From Amoebidium appalachense (lineage: Eukaryota > Protista > Ichthyosporea), in assembly GCA_963693365.1 (NCBI GenBank), contig CAVNZM010000008.1, positions 1,116,001 through 1,180,000 of the forward strand: a stretch of DNA of 64,000 nucleotides. Direction: 5' to 3'. Numbering within the stretch: position 1 is the stretch's first letter; every line of letters starts with the position of its first letter. A model generated the notes under the pieces. The model did no database searches. It saw only the letters and a program-made list of their open reading frames with translations, and was not told where the DNA came from. Both the position numbers and the translations under genes were made by a program. Of the stretch, positions 13,154 to 26,950 are shown piece by piece.

Positions 13154-13384
13154 GCGGACAACCTGCACGTCATAGTATTACATTACACCCTTCTCAACCA
13201 GGCGCAACCACATGAAAGGACTTAATAATTTGGATTGTGGACCGTCAATATTCGCACAACCCAGGTGTACGTGCTTAAAAAATTACCCAGATAAGGTATA
13301 CATCATCTATCGGTCGGCTGTTCCCGTTACATCAACAAAAAATAATGAATAAGCAAAACCCACAGTCGGTCTACACGTGACCGT

Positions 13385-13437
13385 GACACACACACACGAC
13401 ATAACCGTGAAATACACAAAAGAACACACACACTGTG

Positions 13438-13480
<43 letters not shown>

Positions 13481-13536
13481 AACCTAGACACCACACACAC
13501 ACAAACACATGCATATGTGCATGAGACACACACAGA

Positions 13537-13577
<41 letters not shown>

Positions 13578-13586
13578 ACACACACA

Positions 13587-13630
<44 letters not shown>

Positions 13631-13745
13631 GCACACACCATGACACACACACACACACACACACACACACCGCACACACCATGACACACATGTACACACA
13701 CACATACACACCCACACCCACACACCCACACACACCCACACACGC

Positions 13746-13790
<45 letters not shown>
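13385..13790. repeat. (CA)n microsatellite block
   Basis: Seen directly. Confidence 0.95.
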
Positions 13791-13809
13791 TTGCACGTAG
13801 CGGCCCATG

Positions 13810-14200
13810 GGGGTAAACAAACTATGACGAGGGACAGTTTCTAGTATGGAGCGTGGAGGATGAATCAAGGTCTCCATATCCCCCGTATGTTTTAAAACAC
13901 GTCATGCACGTAGTGCAGTTCGTGCTTTCTATGATACCTCGATCCCTGCATCTCCTTAGTCTCCAAGGCTATGTACCCACTTAGCTTACGTAAGTGGCCG
14001 GGCACTACTACGCTGCGGCAACATAAAAGACAAAAAAAACAGAACAGAGGTCGCGGGGAGACAGTGTATGTAGCACCTCCTTGCTGTCTGAGACGTCCTT
14101 TTCCAGCGCAAACCACCGTCTGACAACATAACGGTCACAGCCAATCAATCGCATTATTTCTAGTTATAGCAATCCGGCTCAGGCCCGGCCGCGGCAGTTT
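13810..14200 (+). promoter_or_regulatory. Upstream region of paralog A, homologous to 36275-36530, with CCAAT at 14141
   Basis: Shared blocks taaacaaacta..gacagtttctagta.ggagcgtgg and cagccaatcaa...tttctag..tatagca.tccggct precede both paralogs. Confidence 0.5.
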
Positions 14201-14754
14201 CAAAGTTTGAAAGCTCACTTCTTTCTGACAGGTGGTTTTCAAGCGGGAGGAGGCAGCAGTGAGAGACGAAGATCCACTAAGTGCAGAGATGCCACAGAAG
14301 TGGCATTGCGGTGAGGTGATTGGTTATTTGTCATGCATTAGTTGTGTTGGATTGTTGGTTTCCATATATAGTTAGTGTGGTTTGGTTTTGATTGCATGTT
14401 CTGATTTGGTCAGATTGTAAAGCATTTGATTGGTTTCTTCATTCTGGCATCAGATTCCAAATTTAAATGCATTGTGGGAACGGGTGGGTATACATATGTC
14501 GTTTGGATTTCAGTCTTAGGTTTTCGTTTTAGCGTTTGTGTGAGTGTCTGGCATCAGAGGTAAAAGGGATTTGTAGAGTTAGTTGGTTGAACTAAGTTTG
14601 GTGGTGCTAGTGTAAAAGCGCACAAACTAGTTGCCTTAGCTAGCTGTCCTTTTTCCTGTTGATTTCCCCGCCCTCCCAGCCCTGTTGTGGGGATAGATGA
14701 AGGGGTGTCCTTGGCCATTGCGCGTTAGGGACACTGTTTCCTTCTTTAGGGTAG

Positions 14755-14829
<75 letters not shown>

Positions 14830-15320
14830 GTACGTGCACTTACATGCACGCACACACACCATAGTTTTCATGGTTCGTTAGATGTCAATTAACAGTTATT
14901 CATACATATTCTTTTAGAGTATTTATTTTATTTTTTCAAAATAATAGACTCCCGTACTTGCCTCTGATTTCATGTCCATGAGTCTCGGGGAGTCACGACG
15001 GTAGCGAGAAATGGTCTTGCCTCCGCCAAATTTGGACCCACCTCCGAACATCTAACCCTTCCGACCTTCGTTCTCAAACAGCCAATATTTTAGGGCTGCC
15101 ATCGGCGACACTTTCTGCTGCTAATTAGCGTGTTTACCTCTTGGTCCCCTTGCACGGCACCATGGCAGCGCTGCAGCACCAACAAACCCGGCGTCCCCCG
15201 CCCAACCCCGGTTTGCCTGTTCTGGGCCGACCAGGCGGCAGGCCTGTACCTCATCGCCCACCCACGAACGAAACCGAACGTGACACCAGGGTAGGTGTTG
15301 GGGGGAGGGGGAGAGGGGGA

Positions 15321-15406
<86 letters not shown>

Positions 15407-16275
15407 AGGGAGGGAGGGAGGGAGGGAGGGAGGGAGGGAGGGAGGGGGGGGGGGGGGGGAGGGGGGAGGGGGAAGGGGGAGAGGGAGAGGGAGAGAGAGA
15501 GAGAGGGAGCGTAGCCGGGCTATCCTCCTTATTCTTCGTTCCCCCCTCCCCGCCCCCCTCCCCTCCCTCGCCCCCCCACACACCCACCCACAACTGTTTA
15601 ACCATTCTTCCTAGTTTCCCCCCTCCGCCTATCCCCCCCGCCTACCCGCAAACGTTCTCTTCACTCTCACCAGCAGTCAATTCCTGGGACCAAAATACAG
15701 CTCCTTACAGTTCTTGCCCTTCCTGCCTGTCTCTGCACAAAATTTTCTTCTTACCGGGTCTTTTCTTTTTGGTAAATTGCTTGCACAGACTTGTTTTTCC
15801 TCTGGCTCATCTTTACTCTAAGGTTGTTCCGCCTTAATTTCTGTTTCTGTGAGGTTTTCTGTCCTGCCCCCCCCGAAACAGTATCTGAGTTGGGTTTCGT
15901 TAACGAGGGGAATAGGTCGAAACTCGGGTACTGTGGATGACGTGGGCCCCCCCTGAGGATGGGCTCTGCTTATTATGCATACTCTTTATGTATGGCTTGC
16001 ATTCTGCATCGTGTTATCCGTTTGTTCTTGTGTGCTTCGTACTTTTTGACGCATTCAAACCCCCCCCCCCCCCCCTCCCCTCCCCCCCCCCCCCCCACAC
16101 ACACAAAAACGTAAACACCCACCCTACCCCCGATTCGATTAAACTTCACATACAGACAAGCACCCTTCCATCCCCTTGGCTAGTGCTTTTACCATCAGCC
16201 TTATCTCGACTCTATAAGCCCAAAATCTTACTTCATGCCGCCACCCCCCTCCCCCCCGTCTCCTCCTCTCCCCTA

Positions 16276-16327
<52 letters not shown>

Positions 16328-17749
16328 CCACAGGGTCCCCCGCCTGCACACTCCTCCCAACACTTTGTAACAAGTGGGTTTCTACCATGACGCAACAGTT
16401 TGCCTTACCTTCTCCTCCCATTCTGTCCGCCTACCTTTCCCTCTTCTGGTTTCCTTCTCCTTTCGGTTTATCAGCTACGCACATCAGCCCACCCCTCATA
16501 CCTCTCCCCTCGTGTCCTTCTTCCCAGAGCTTTAGTCACCACATTTGATTCTGCCAGTCTTCCCATCCCCCCCCCCCCCCCCCTCCCCCTCTCCCTCTTG
16601 GATACGAAGGCTCATGAAGACTCCCAGTAGATGGAGGGTTGTTTAGGCGGGGTACTTTGATTGTTTGTGTCTGTGTGCTGTGCTGTGTTCATGTTCCTTG
16701 GTGTGTGCCTCTGCACTTCGCCCACAAGTATATTTACCTCCCCCCCCCCTTCTCCCCCCTCTTTGTCCCTCTCCCCTGCCCCCGCTCCTTCCCCCCCCCC
16801 CCCCCCCTCCACCACCACCCGCAGCTACACGAGAGGTTCACCGTGTCGCTCCACATTCGCTGTGGCTCCCCCCGGCTGCTCCTTGGTCTTGCCCGGCTAG
16901 ACTTGCGCTGGGCCGTGTGGTGTGACAACACGCCAGACACCTTGCTGGAAGCGGTCAAAAGATGGGCGGGAATGGTGTGTATGTATGGGTGTTGTATTGT
17001 TCGAACCTCTGGCGCCAGCAGCGTTTTGGCTGTTCCATCAAAGAAAACGAGAGAGAGAAGGGGGGGGAGAGGGCGGGGAGGGAGAGAGGGGGTGGGAGGG
17101 GGGGAGGGGGGACGACTGAGGGCGCGGGGAGAGAGAGAGAGAGAATAAGAGAGGAGAGGGGGGAGGGGGGAAGAGAGAAAGAGAGAGAGCGTGTGTGTAT
17201 GTGTGTGTTTATGTGGGTGAGGAAGTAGGGGAGGAAGGAGCGGTAAAAGTCCATAGAAAAAGTGGCGATGGTCAGAGCAAGACTATGATACATTTTTGGT
17301 TTGCTTCGGCTGTGTCTCTACGAATACATAGGGGGCACATGTTGTGTGATTTATTTCTTCGTTTTCGGCTTCCCAATGAATTACCACCTGGTCAGCCCCT
17401 TACACCCATCACAACCCTTTTTTGGTTGCATTTTCTAACACAAAACACATCCAACACACCCATAATTTTTTTCATTCTCAACCACAAAAACACAGTCCAA
17501 GCAACCTCATTCCCATTTATCCTCTAACCTCTACCCCCCCCCCCCCCCCCCCCCCCCCCACTCCCTCCCTCTTCCAGCCTGGGCTGTATTGTCGCATGCA
17601 GCTAGCAAGTGTGCCGCTAGCAGAGGGCAGCAGCAGCCAAGCGCTGTGGGCGCTACCGGGCATAGACCAGACCAACGTGTCTGTGCTTGTGTGCCACCCA
17701 AACTGCAGCTGTGTGCCGGCAGAGGAGCGACGTCCACAGGTTTGGACAG

Positions 17750-17787
<38 letters not shown>

Positions 17788-18389
17788 GATAAAGTTGCAC
17801 TCACACTTTCATGGCGCACACACGTGTGCACATGCCAATGGGGAACACACTTGCGTGAGCACACCCACACCGCACACACCCACACACTCGGGTATATACA
17901 CGTGCACATTCTCGCGTACCCACTTTCCCTGCCCCTCCCCCCGTCCCCCCTCTCCCTATTCCCTCCCCTCCCTCCCTCCCCCCCCCCCCCCCCCCCCCCC
18001 CCCCCGCACGCCCTCTCTCGCCGACTATACTTATTCTTTTGGAATGTTTTCCCCCTGCATTTATCACGGCATATTTGTGCTTCATACCATACATGCATTT
18101 GTACCTGCCCCTGACCCCACCTCTAGACCCCAATCACACATCAAGTACCTGTTTTCTTTATGCTTTTGGATGTGACCTTCTTCATTTCGAAGGGTATTTT
18201 TTATCTTGGAGCTTGGAGGCTAAATTTACATCCCCCCCCCCCCCCCCCCCCCCCCCCCGCCCTTCAAAAATACACACACACACACACACACCACGCGCGC
18301 TCACACACACGCACACACACACACACACACAATCACACACACACATCTACACACACTTACATATGCACCCCCCCCTTCCCCCATCCCAG

Positions 18390-18433
<44 letters not shown>

Positions 18434-18516
18434 GTACACACACGCGCATACCCACACACACACACACACAAACACACACTGACATATGCGCCCACCCCCC
18501 CCCCCCTCCCCCCGTC

Positions 18517-18553
<37 letters not shown>

Positions 18554-18941
18554 ACACCCACACACACACACACAACACCCTACCCCCCCCCCCCCCCCCC
18601 ACACACACGTACACACCACCTCTCCCGTGACACACATATTTTCCCCCCTTAAGCATGTATGCCACCTCTATACGCTGTCTCATAAACCCTTTTTTATCCG
18701 TGCACTTCTACAATGCCCCTTCTCTCTTTGTGCAAAATACCTACATTTTGGCGTCAAAGCATTAGGGGGGTTTACACTGTTTACTCGAGGATGACATACT
18801 TATCTCTAAACCTCTGTTCCATGCTACAGGACTCCTTCATACTGCCGCGAACAGGGCATGTGGATGCCAGCAATAGGAATTTTCAACCCAGCACAGGCGC
18901 GCAGGAACAAACAAAACGGCCCAAGAAAACCACAAGTGTGC

Positions 18942-19866
18942 TGTTAACTTCTATAAGTATTTGGGATGTAAGCAGAGACACAGTGGTGCAGTGTGAAAAC
19001 ACCACAGACACACACAACAACAAAACACGGAACGATCGGAGCAGTGTACACAACAGACATCAATGTTTAGACACGACTGTACTGAATTTATTCTGATCTT
19101 CGAATAAATACCTGAAATTCCTCTAAGTCCAATCCATACATGATTTCCGACCAGTCGGAAATCAGATCCATCTCTAATAGAAACCAATCACTAAGAACCA
19201 ATTGCTTTCAGAGAGATCCGGTACGCGGAGGCGTACACGATAGGACACAGACACTAGTTAGGATCAACTCGTGTCATCATCAAGGAAGTTCTAACCTATG
19301 ACATACTGCAAAGACTCAGACATATCACACTTAACCTTGATGATTGGTTAAAGCCCGGCAACACATGAAAACTAAAGTGAATTAATGAAGTCTAAACACA
19401 CATGCTATTCTAAGTGTAGCCTAAGTGTGTTACCGTCCAATGAACACGTATTAAGTAACACAAATCTACCTAACATATATTAGTAGAAAAGAAATACGAT
19501 TATACACATGAAGACAAGGAGAGAAAGAAAAGAAAATAAGGAAGGAGAAAGAGGAAGGAAAAGAGAGCACAGATCAACAAACAAGATAGTAATAGCATAA
19601 CTATAACCAGAGATATTTATGTACACACGAACATGTACACGTCTCTCCCTGAGTGGGTGGATCCGTGTACACACATATAAATATTCTAATCGATATTACA
19701 ATACACGATTAAAGCCGATACAACACGATTACAAGTATACAAGCATATCGGAGATCGATGCTACACTTTACATAATAGGAGTGTGGCATTTACACTAAGC
19801 ATATGAACTGAAACATAACACAAACTGAGAAGATCTTACCATATGTAAATACTACGTATTACAACA
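18942..19866 (-). repeat. Copia 3' LTR
   Basis: Direct repeat of 33131-34055. Confidence 0.97.
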
Positions 19867-19974
19867 TCCCCACTTAAGACTTTGAAGTTTGTGTTATCAT
19901 ATCCCCACTGAACTAGTGAAATCTCCCCACTTGAGAACAGAAACGGAAAAAAAAAATTAAAGTGTGTACTTTTC

Positions 19975-20005
<31 letters not shown>

Positions 20006-20292
20006 AGAGAGGGGGGGGGGGGGGGGGGGGAGGGGGGGAAGGGGGGGGGGAAGGGGGGGGGGGGGAGGGGGGGAAGGAACCGGGGCAAAAACAACGAATA
20101 TATATAACGTGTATAGGCGGTGTTTGATTAACTGGGTTTTAAACCAGTGAAAGATAGAGTAGAGTGATGGTACAGGTCAAACCTTATATATAAACCCTAA
20201 GTGGGCATACCCACAAAGGCAATACATATGATATAATGATGTTGATAAAGTAAGTAGTACACATGAGAAAATCACTCTTGAAGTAGGTCGGG

Positions 20293-22356
20293 TCAATCCA
20301 CAATATCCGGTAAACAAAGTCGAGCACGATGGTGGACATGACTCGGGCCGGGGAGGGGTTTGGTGAGTATGTCAGCTAAGTTGTGGGCTGACTCAACGTA
20401 GTGGACAACCACGTCCCCACTGGCAATGTAGTCCTTGGTGTTGTGATACCGGACGGCAATGTGTTTGGTACGGTGCTTGATCCCGGTGGAGTTGACGATG
20501 GCAATGGTCGACTGGTTGTCACAGTACACCGGAGTCGGAGCAAGCATGGGACAGCCGAGTTCCTTGAAGAGGTCACGGACCCAAGCAACTTCTTGGGTGC
20601 CAGCATTGAGAGCAATCAGCTCAGCTTCAGTGGTGCTGGTGGCCGTGATGGGCTGGAGCTTGGAGTACCAGATGACGGGCATACCAGCAAACACGATAAT
20701 GTAGCCGGTGGTAGACTTCTTGCTGTCGGCACAACCAGCAAAGTCAGCATCCGTGTAGCATTCGAGTATGGGGGACTGGGTGGCCGAGTACTTGTAGTCA
20801 ATGCCAAGGTCAATGGTGCCGAGCAGGTACCGGGCCACACGACGGAGAAGGTCCCAGTGAGTCTTGCCGGGGTTGGTGCTGAACCGACCAAGGAAGCCGA
20901 TGGCATAGGCAATGTCGGGACGTGTGCACCGTGCCACCCAGAGGAGACGGCCGAGTAACTCACGGTAGGGCACGGTGAACGGTTGGGGGGGGCAATCAGC
21001 CAGGGAGACGGTGGTGCCTGCAGGGATGGGGGTAGACTTGGACTTGGCATCGGTGAGGTTGAAGTCGTGGATGATATCCATGATGTAAGACCTCTGGTGC
21101 ATGTGGAGGTGATGGGGATCAGAGTGATTAAAATCAACACCGAGCATACGGTCAAATGGACTCATACGACAGCTGGCCATCTTGCTGATGTGGGCAGCCA
21201 GGTCACTGGCAGCAGTAGAACCCCGGGTGTTGGTGATGGTGGAGTCATCGACGTAGTTACCAGCCCGTACCACATCGTTGTTGGGGAAGAACCGGAGGTA
21301 GATGCACGGGTCGGTCTTAGTACGGGTCAGGCCATGGGCAAGAAGAATGCCGTCGAGGAAGTCGTACCAAGCCTTGGAGGCTTGCTTGAGGCCGTACAGG
21401 GCTTTCTTGAGTCTCCAGACCTTGCCAAGTGTGGCCATGGTGATGAATCCCGGGGGTTGTTTCATGTAGATGGTCTCGGTGAGTGGGCTGTTGAGAAAGG
21501 CCGTAGACACGTCGAGTTGATGTATGTCATGACCTTCAACAACGGCCAGAGCTAGGATGGCACGGAGAGCAGCCGGACGGATGACAGGGCTCTCAATCAA
21601 CTCATAGTCAACACCGTATTGCTGACTGAAGCCTTGAGCAACACCACGTGCCTTGATCTTGGTGTCACCAGCCGAGTTGAGAGTTTTCTCGGAGACAATC
21701 CACTTGAAGCCGACGATGTTAGCACCAGGGGGAGGGTCAACAAGTTCAAAGATGTCTTTGTCGACGAAGGCTTGATACTCAGCAGTCAGGGCTGACTTGA
21801 CCTGATCACCATTGGGTCCGGAACAGAGTTGACGGACAAGTTTGGGTAGTTGGTCGATGTTGATGGGGGGACCGGGGGGGACTGGCAGGGTGGTGGTGGC
21901 TTGAAGTCCAACCTTGCCCTGGAGACGGGCAGAACGACGGGGTGCAGGAACCGGGGTAGGTGGAGACGGTGGGGGGGGAACTTGGAAGTTCGGAAGTGCA
22001 GGGGGGGGCAACCTCCGGGCTGGACGGGGCCGAGTGGAAGTTGTCGGGGGAGCCGGGTCGGATGGGTGTGACGTTGCCAGGGCCAGGATGAGGGTCGGCA
22101 GGCTGGACGGGCACGGGGGCAGGGGGGGCCGGTGGGGGGGGGTGTCGGGGGAACGACGATGGCAGGAGGGGGGCCAGAGTACACCAGACAAACATCATCT
22201 TCAGTGTCAACTGTGGGGGGTGGGGTGGTCGAGGTAGCAGTGGTGTCGGGGGTCGGAAGGGTTGATGGAATGTCGGACGGGAGATAAGCTGATTCGTCGA
22301 AAATCACATCACGGAAGAGGCCGACACGATGGGTGGTGGCATTGAAGATCCGGTGG
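20293..22356 (-). CDS. pol: Copia pol 3' part: reverse transcriptase and RNase H
   Basis: KARGVAQGFSQQYGVDY, QLDVSTAFLN, LKKALYGLKQA, YVDD, YTDADFAG, STTEAE, CDNQ and ADILTKPL. One frame break lies in poly-G near 22120-22190. Confidence 0.95.
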
Positions 22357-23216
22357 CAGTGTGTCGTATCCTAATGTATGTGTACTAGAGACGCGGCACT
22401 CTACTAAGTGTACACACACGAAAAGGAACGAACGTGTACAGAAAAACGGTAAAGTTTATTAAGACCAGGCTCCGACGGGCAAACTTAGATCCGTACGGAT
22501 TGAGTCTAAGTTACGACTGAGGCCATCAAGGCCGTGCCCTACAAGATCATCATCACCTGGCCCCCTACGATGCCACATTCCATTAACATTCCGATCTACT
22601 TTTATCGTGCGCCTGCACGAGCTAAGTCGATCTACTCAACTAATATATTTATCCAAGTCTCACCCCTCACCCTCCCCCTAGTGGCACCGCAGAGTCTAAA
22701 TCTACATTTCATACTATCCTCCCCCCCCCTCCCTCCCCCCCTTTCCTCTACATCTAAATATATAAATACGTTTGGCAACATATACTATCAAACCTTGCCA
22801 ATCCTTACAAAAGGGCTTCTGCCCGAACAATGACATTCCTAAGTCCTCCTACGATCTATCCTACACACTAATTAGAATTCTATTGGACGGCTGTCCCGGC
22901 TGACGTGGTCCAATGCCCTGCGCCGGCAGAGGCAAGATGCACGCAGCTGTACAGCTATCTTGAGGCCCCGGACTTGATCTTGATGATCTGTGGACCCGGG
23001 CCACCCCCCCCCCCCCCCCCCCCCCCCCCCCGATCTCGATCGTAGACTTAGGCTAATCTGCTGAGACGGATTAGTATATGTCAACTCCCCCCCCGGCCCC
23101 CGGAAAAGCTGAGTCCCACCTCAGTCACATTACATCTAACACCCCCTAAAAAGACATAGACTAATCAGTCTCCTAAAAAAAATTAAATTAAATAAATTAC
23201 GAAGAAAAATAATAAA

Positions 23217-25160
23217 TTAATCTACACCATAAGCTTGATACCTACGGAGACACCTATGATAATAAATTAAATTCCTACGACTACGTTCACACTCCTCCTC
23301 GGTCTCCTCCCCTCCCTCCCCCTCCCCCCGTGTGTCTACGTGTATTTGCATCACTCCCCCCCCGGCCCCCTCCCCCACCGACTTTTTCACACCACGATTA
23401 AACTGAGGAATAACTCTCTTTGGCCGAGAGGGAGCACTAGGCAACTCCCTCTGCACTAATCTAGCCTCATAAGCACGAATAGAAAACGGGCAATCCAAAT
23501 GAAACTCAGGCAACCACTGATCTTCCTGATAACCTCCCTCAAAACGAATTAAATAATAATTTACCTTACCTTCCTTACCTTCGATAACCTTTTTATCCAT
23601 AATTTTATCTACTGCAGCCTCCGATACATCCACCGACCCGTCATAGTCGGGGGTGAATGCATCTAACACTCGACGGCCCTCCGGCCGTTTAACCCTAAGG
23701 GCCCTATCATAATATTCCTTTATATCATCTACATTATAAAATCTAACATCACTCTCATTATCTAACCTCTGCACCTTATATTCCGTCGGACCTAACCTAG
23801 CCACTATTTTATACGGACCGATAAAAAGAGGCAACCATTTCTTACCATACTTACGAAGACCTTCACCTTCACCCTTACCTTCCTGCTCCTGCTTAATAAT
23901 ATATCTCTTCTTCCTAGTATGATCCCTAATTAAAACTAAAGTACCCTCGGCAAATTCACGTAACGGACGTGTGGACACGTCTGTACGTGCCTGTGCCTGC
24001 TGTGTACGGGCCAGAGCTGCATCACGTGCAGCCCGGGCTCGGGTTAGTAGCTGCTCCCGGAACTCAGTCCAGTGGGGATAAGTTAGTCGGTCAGCCCCCC
24101 CCATCGGCAAAAGTGCCGTATCTAACAAACTAATAGCCTCCTGCCCATAGACCAAATAAAACGGAGAAAAACCAGTCACAGCATGAGGGGTAGAATTATA
24201 TGAATGAGCAATAAACCTAGACATATGATCCCAATCATTAGCCTCCACATCCACCATTTTGCCAAAGGACTTCTGAAACACTGCATGCACACGTTCAGAG
24301 ATGGCATTTGCTTGAGGGTGATATGCAGACGTAGTGATATGAGCTACCCTTAAAATTTTACACACCTCCGACACCAACTGATTTAAAAACACACGACTCC
24401 TATCCGTTAACAAAACACGAGGACAACCAAACCTAAGACAAATTTCATCCACAAAAATACGAGCAAACAAAACGGCATTAGCAGTGGGGAGAGGAAAAAC
24501 TTCAACCCAACGAGTGGCCACATCGGTGACGGTAACAAGAACAGTGTTACCCTCAACCGTAGAATTAAAAGGACCGACCACATCCACTGCTACCCTTTCA
24601 AACATACGAACATTAAAATCCCTAATAAACGACGGGCGGGAACGAGAGTGGGGACTCTCATTCCTTTCCTGACAATGCATGCATGACAACACATAATCCC
24701 TCACCTCCCTACTCATACCCGGCCAAAAATACGAACGATTAACACGAAGCAACGTCCTATTTACACCTAAATGACCAGCCATGGGATGCTCATGCACCAT
24801 ATGCAAAACCTCAGGCACAAGTGCCGTCGGGACCCAAACTCGGTGTCCGTCTGGCCCAGAACAATGATAAACTAAATCCTGCTCTACCTGACACATTTTT
24901 GCTAACTTAGCTACCTTAATCATCTGCCTTTTATTTGTAAATTTAATCGAATCAACCGGCCCCTTTAAATAATTCTTAACCAGACCAATCAACACATCTT
25001 CCTCCTGAGCTAAGATCAAAGCCGTAGGTGCTAAGGCAGGGGCCGAGCCATGAGACTCGGTCCCGACCTCAGACACCGACAAATACCTCCCCCCCCCCTC
25101 TCCTACACTTATAAGCAAGCAACCCCGGAACCCAAGAAGACACATCCACAGACACAGCAT
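23217..25160 (-). CDS. pol: Gypsy integrase with HHCC, DDE, GPY motif and C-terminal chromodomain
   Basis: HEHPMAGH..CMHC, VAVDVVGP, LTDRS, HPQANAISER, FIGPY, and VDKIMDKK..YYLIRFEG..DQWLPEFHLDCP. Confidence 0.92.
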   Translation of the reverse strand: MLCLWMCLLGFRGCLLISVGEGGGRYLSVSEVGTESHGSAPALAPTALILAQEEDVLIGLVKNYLKGPVDSIKFTNKRQMIKVAKLAKMCQVEQDLVYHCSGPDGHRVWVPTALVPEVLHMVHEHPMAGHLGVNRTLLRVNRSYFWPGMSREVRDYVLSCMHCQERNESPHSRSRPSFIRDFNVRMFERVAVDVVGPFNSTVEGNTVLVTVTDVATRWVEVFPLPTANAVLFARIFVDEICLRFGCPRVLLTDRSRVFLNQLVSEVCKILRVAHITTSAYHPQANAISERVHAVFQKSFGKMVDVEANDWDHMSRFIAHSYNSTPHAVTGFSPFYLVYGQEAISLLDTALLPMGGADRLTYPHWTEFREQLLTRARAARDAALARTQQAQARTDVSTRPLREFAEGTLVLIRDHTRKKRYIIKQEQEGKGEGEGLRKYGKKWLPLFIGPYKIVARLGPTEYKVQRLDNESDVRFYNVDDIKEYYDRALRVKRPEGRRVLDAFTPDYDGSVDVSEAAVDKIMDKKVIEGKEGKVNYYLIRFEGGYQEDQWLPEFHLDCPFSIRAYEARLVQRELPSAPSRPKRVIPQFNRGVKKSVGEGAGGGVMQIHVDTRGEGEGGEETEEECERSRRNLIYYHRCLRRYQAYGVD

Positions 25161-26921
25161 CTATTCCTTTCTGCTCACTCGCCCCCCCTTCCCCCCTCCC
25201 CCCCCCGTCTCTCACTATCCCCCCCTCCCCCTCCTTCTCTTCTTCAAACAAAATATAAGCAGCACGAGAGAGAGCATCACAGTCGACCATTGTTTCACCC
25301 TTGGCATAAAACAATTTATAGGAGAACTCACCGAGAGCCGCGGCCCACTTCTGCATCCTCTCGTTGACCAGACGAGTGGTGCCGGCCATGGCTAGGCAGG
25401 GCTTGTGGTCGGTGTAGACCTCAAACGTCCTGCCTGCGAGTATATACCTCCATGCCTGTGAGACTGCCCAAAAGATAGCATGGGACTCTCTCTCCGGATT
25501 GCTATATCTACGTTCACTTTTACTAAATGAACGACTAGCATAAGCAATCACTCTATCCTGCCCCTCCTGCACTTGATATAACACGGCCCCCTCAGCAACC
25601 TTACTTGCATCGCACCGAACTTTAAACATCCCCCCCCGGCCGAAAAATCAGGATGAACAAGCATACTCGAAGACTGCAAAGCTAACTTAAGCTTTTCGAA
25701 AGCAGAAACAGCATCAACATTCCAATCTATTCTATTCTTCTTCTCCCCCCCCGTCTGACTAGTTAACGGCAAAGCAAGCATACTATAGTCCTTAATATAA
25801 CGACGAAGATAATTAGTTAAACCTAAAAATTGCCTTAGTTGAGTGACAGTCTGAGGACGGGGCCACTCAACTATGGCCCGGATTTTCTCCGGATCAGGGG
25901 AAAGACCATTACTAGACACAATATGACCTAAAAACTTAACCTCCGGCACACCAATCACAGTCTTGCTACCGCTAATACGAAGACCAGACTCACCCAAAGC
26001 TAAAAATACTTTTTCACAATTATTAACTAACTCCTCAAATGACCTACCTTTAATTAAAACATCATCCAAATAAGGGTGGCATACATCCAAATGAGGGTGG
26101 AGAATTTTATACATTACCCGGCACAACATAGCTGGAGAGGAGAGCAAACCCATCGGCACCACCTTGTACTGGAACAGCTGGTCACCCAGTGCAAAGGCAG
26201 TCTTCTCCTTGCTGCTCTCCTCCAACCTTATCTGCCAAAAAGCTGCTTTTAAATCAAGTTTAGCAAAGTGAGTATAGCCGTGCAGCTGTGAAAGCTGCTC
26301 GTCTATGTTAGGGAGAGGCCATTGGTCTGCCTTAGTGATCCGATTCAGAGCCCTGTAATCGTTCACTAGGCGCCAAGACCCGTCGGGCTTCTTAACCAAT
26401 AGCACCGGACTTCTCCACGGACTCGAACTATGCTCCACATGACCCTTTTTTAACATATCACTCACTATTATTAGCGCATCCGACAATTTATACTGCTCCA
26501 TTCTATAGCTAGGCATCACTACCGGCCTATTATCACCTGTGTCGATCTGCATTTCAAACCCTTTAACGAAGCCTACTTCGTTATCATCGGCCAGAAATGC
26601 AAACCGAGTCCTATCAAATAACTTAGCTAGCAATTTTTTCTGTTCTACCGTCCAATCCCCCTCCTTCATACCAAACGGCAATACTAACTCCGGGTTACCC
26701 CCATCACAAGTGGATGCATCCTTATTCACCGGAGTGCCACTTAACATTTCACCTCCTGTATTACATCGGTGCTGCTCGGGGTGAGGTTGAGGTACCTCCG
26801 GATATAGGCGGTCACCCTTAGCACCCCCCCCTCCCCCCGGCACACCAATGCCCCCGGGCAATTCCTGATGAGTTAGTGCATGTATGTGGGGGGCCAGGTC
26901 TGTGGCCACCCTGCCCCCCAC
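25069..26921 (-). CDS. pol: Gypsy reverse transcriptase and RNase H (frame break at poly-G ~25630)
   Basis: SPWRSPVLLVKKPDGSWRLVNDYRALN, LDLKAAFWQI, YLDD, FLGH, FLGLTNY; RNase H motifs CDAS, YASR, ERE and YTDH. Confidence 0.93.
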
Positions 26922-26950
26922 GGTGTTGGTTAACCCGTCAGATCCACGGG

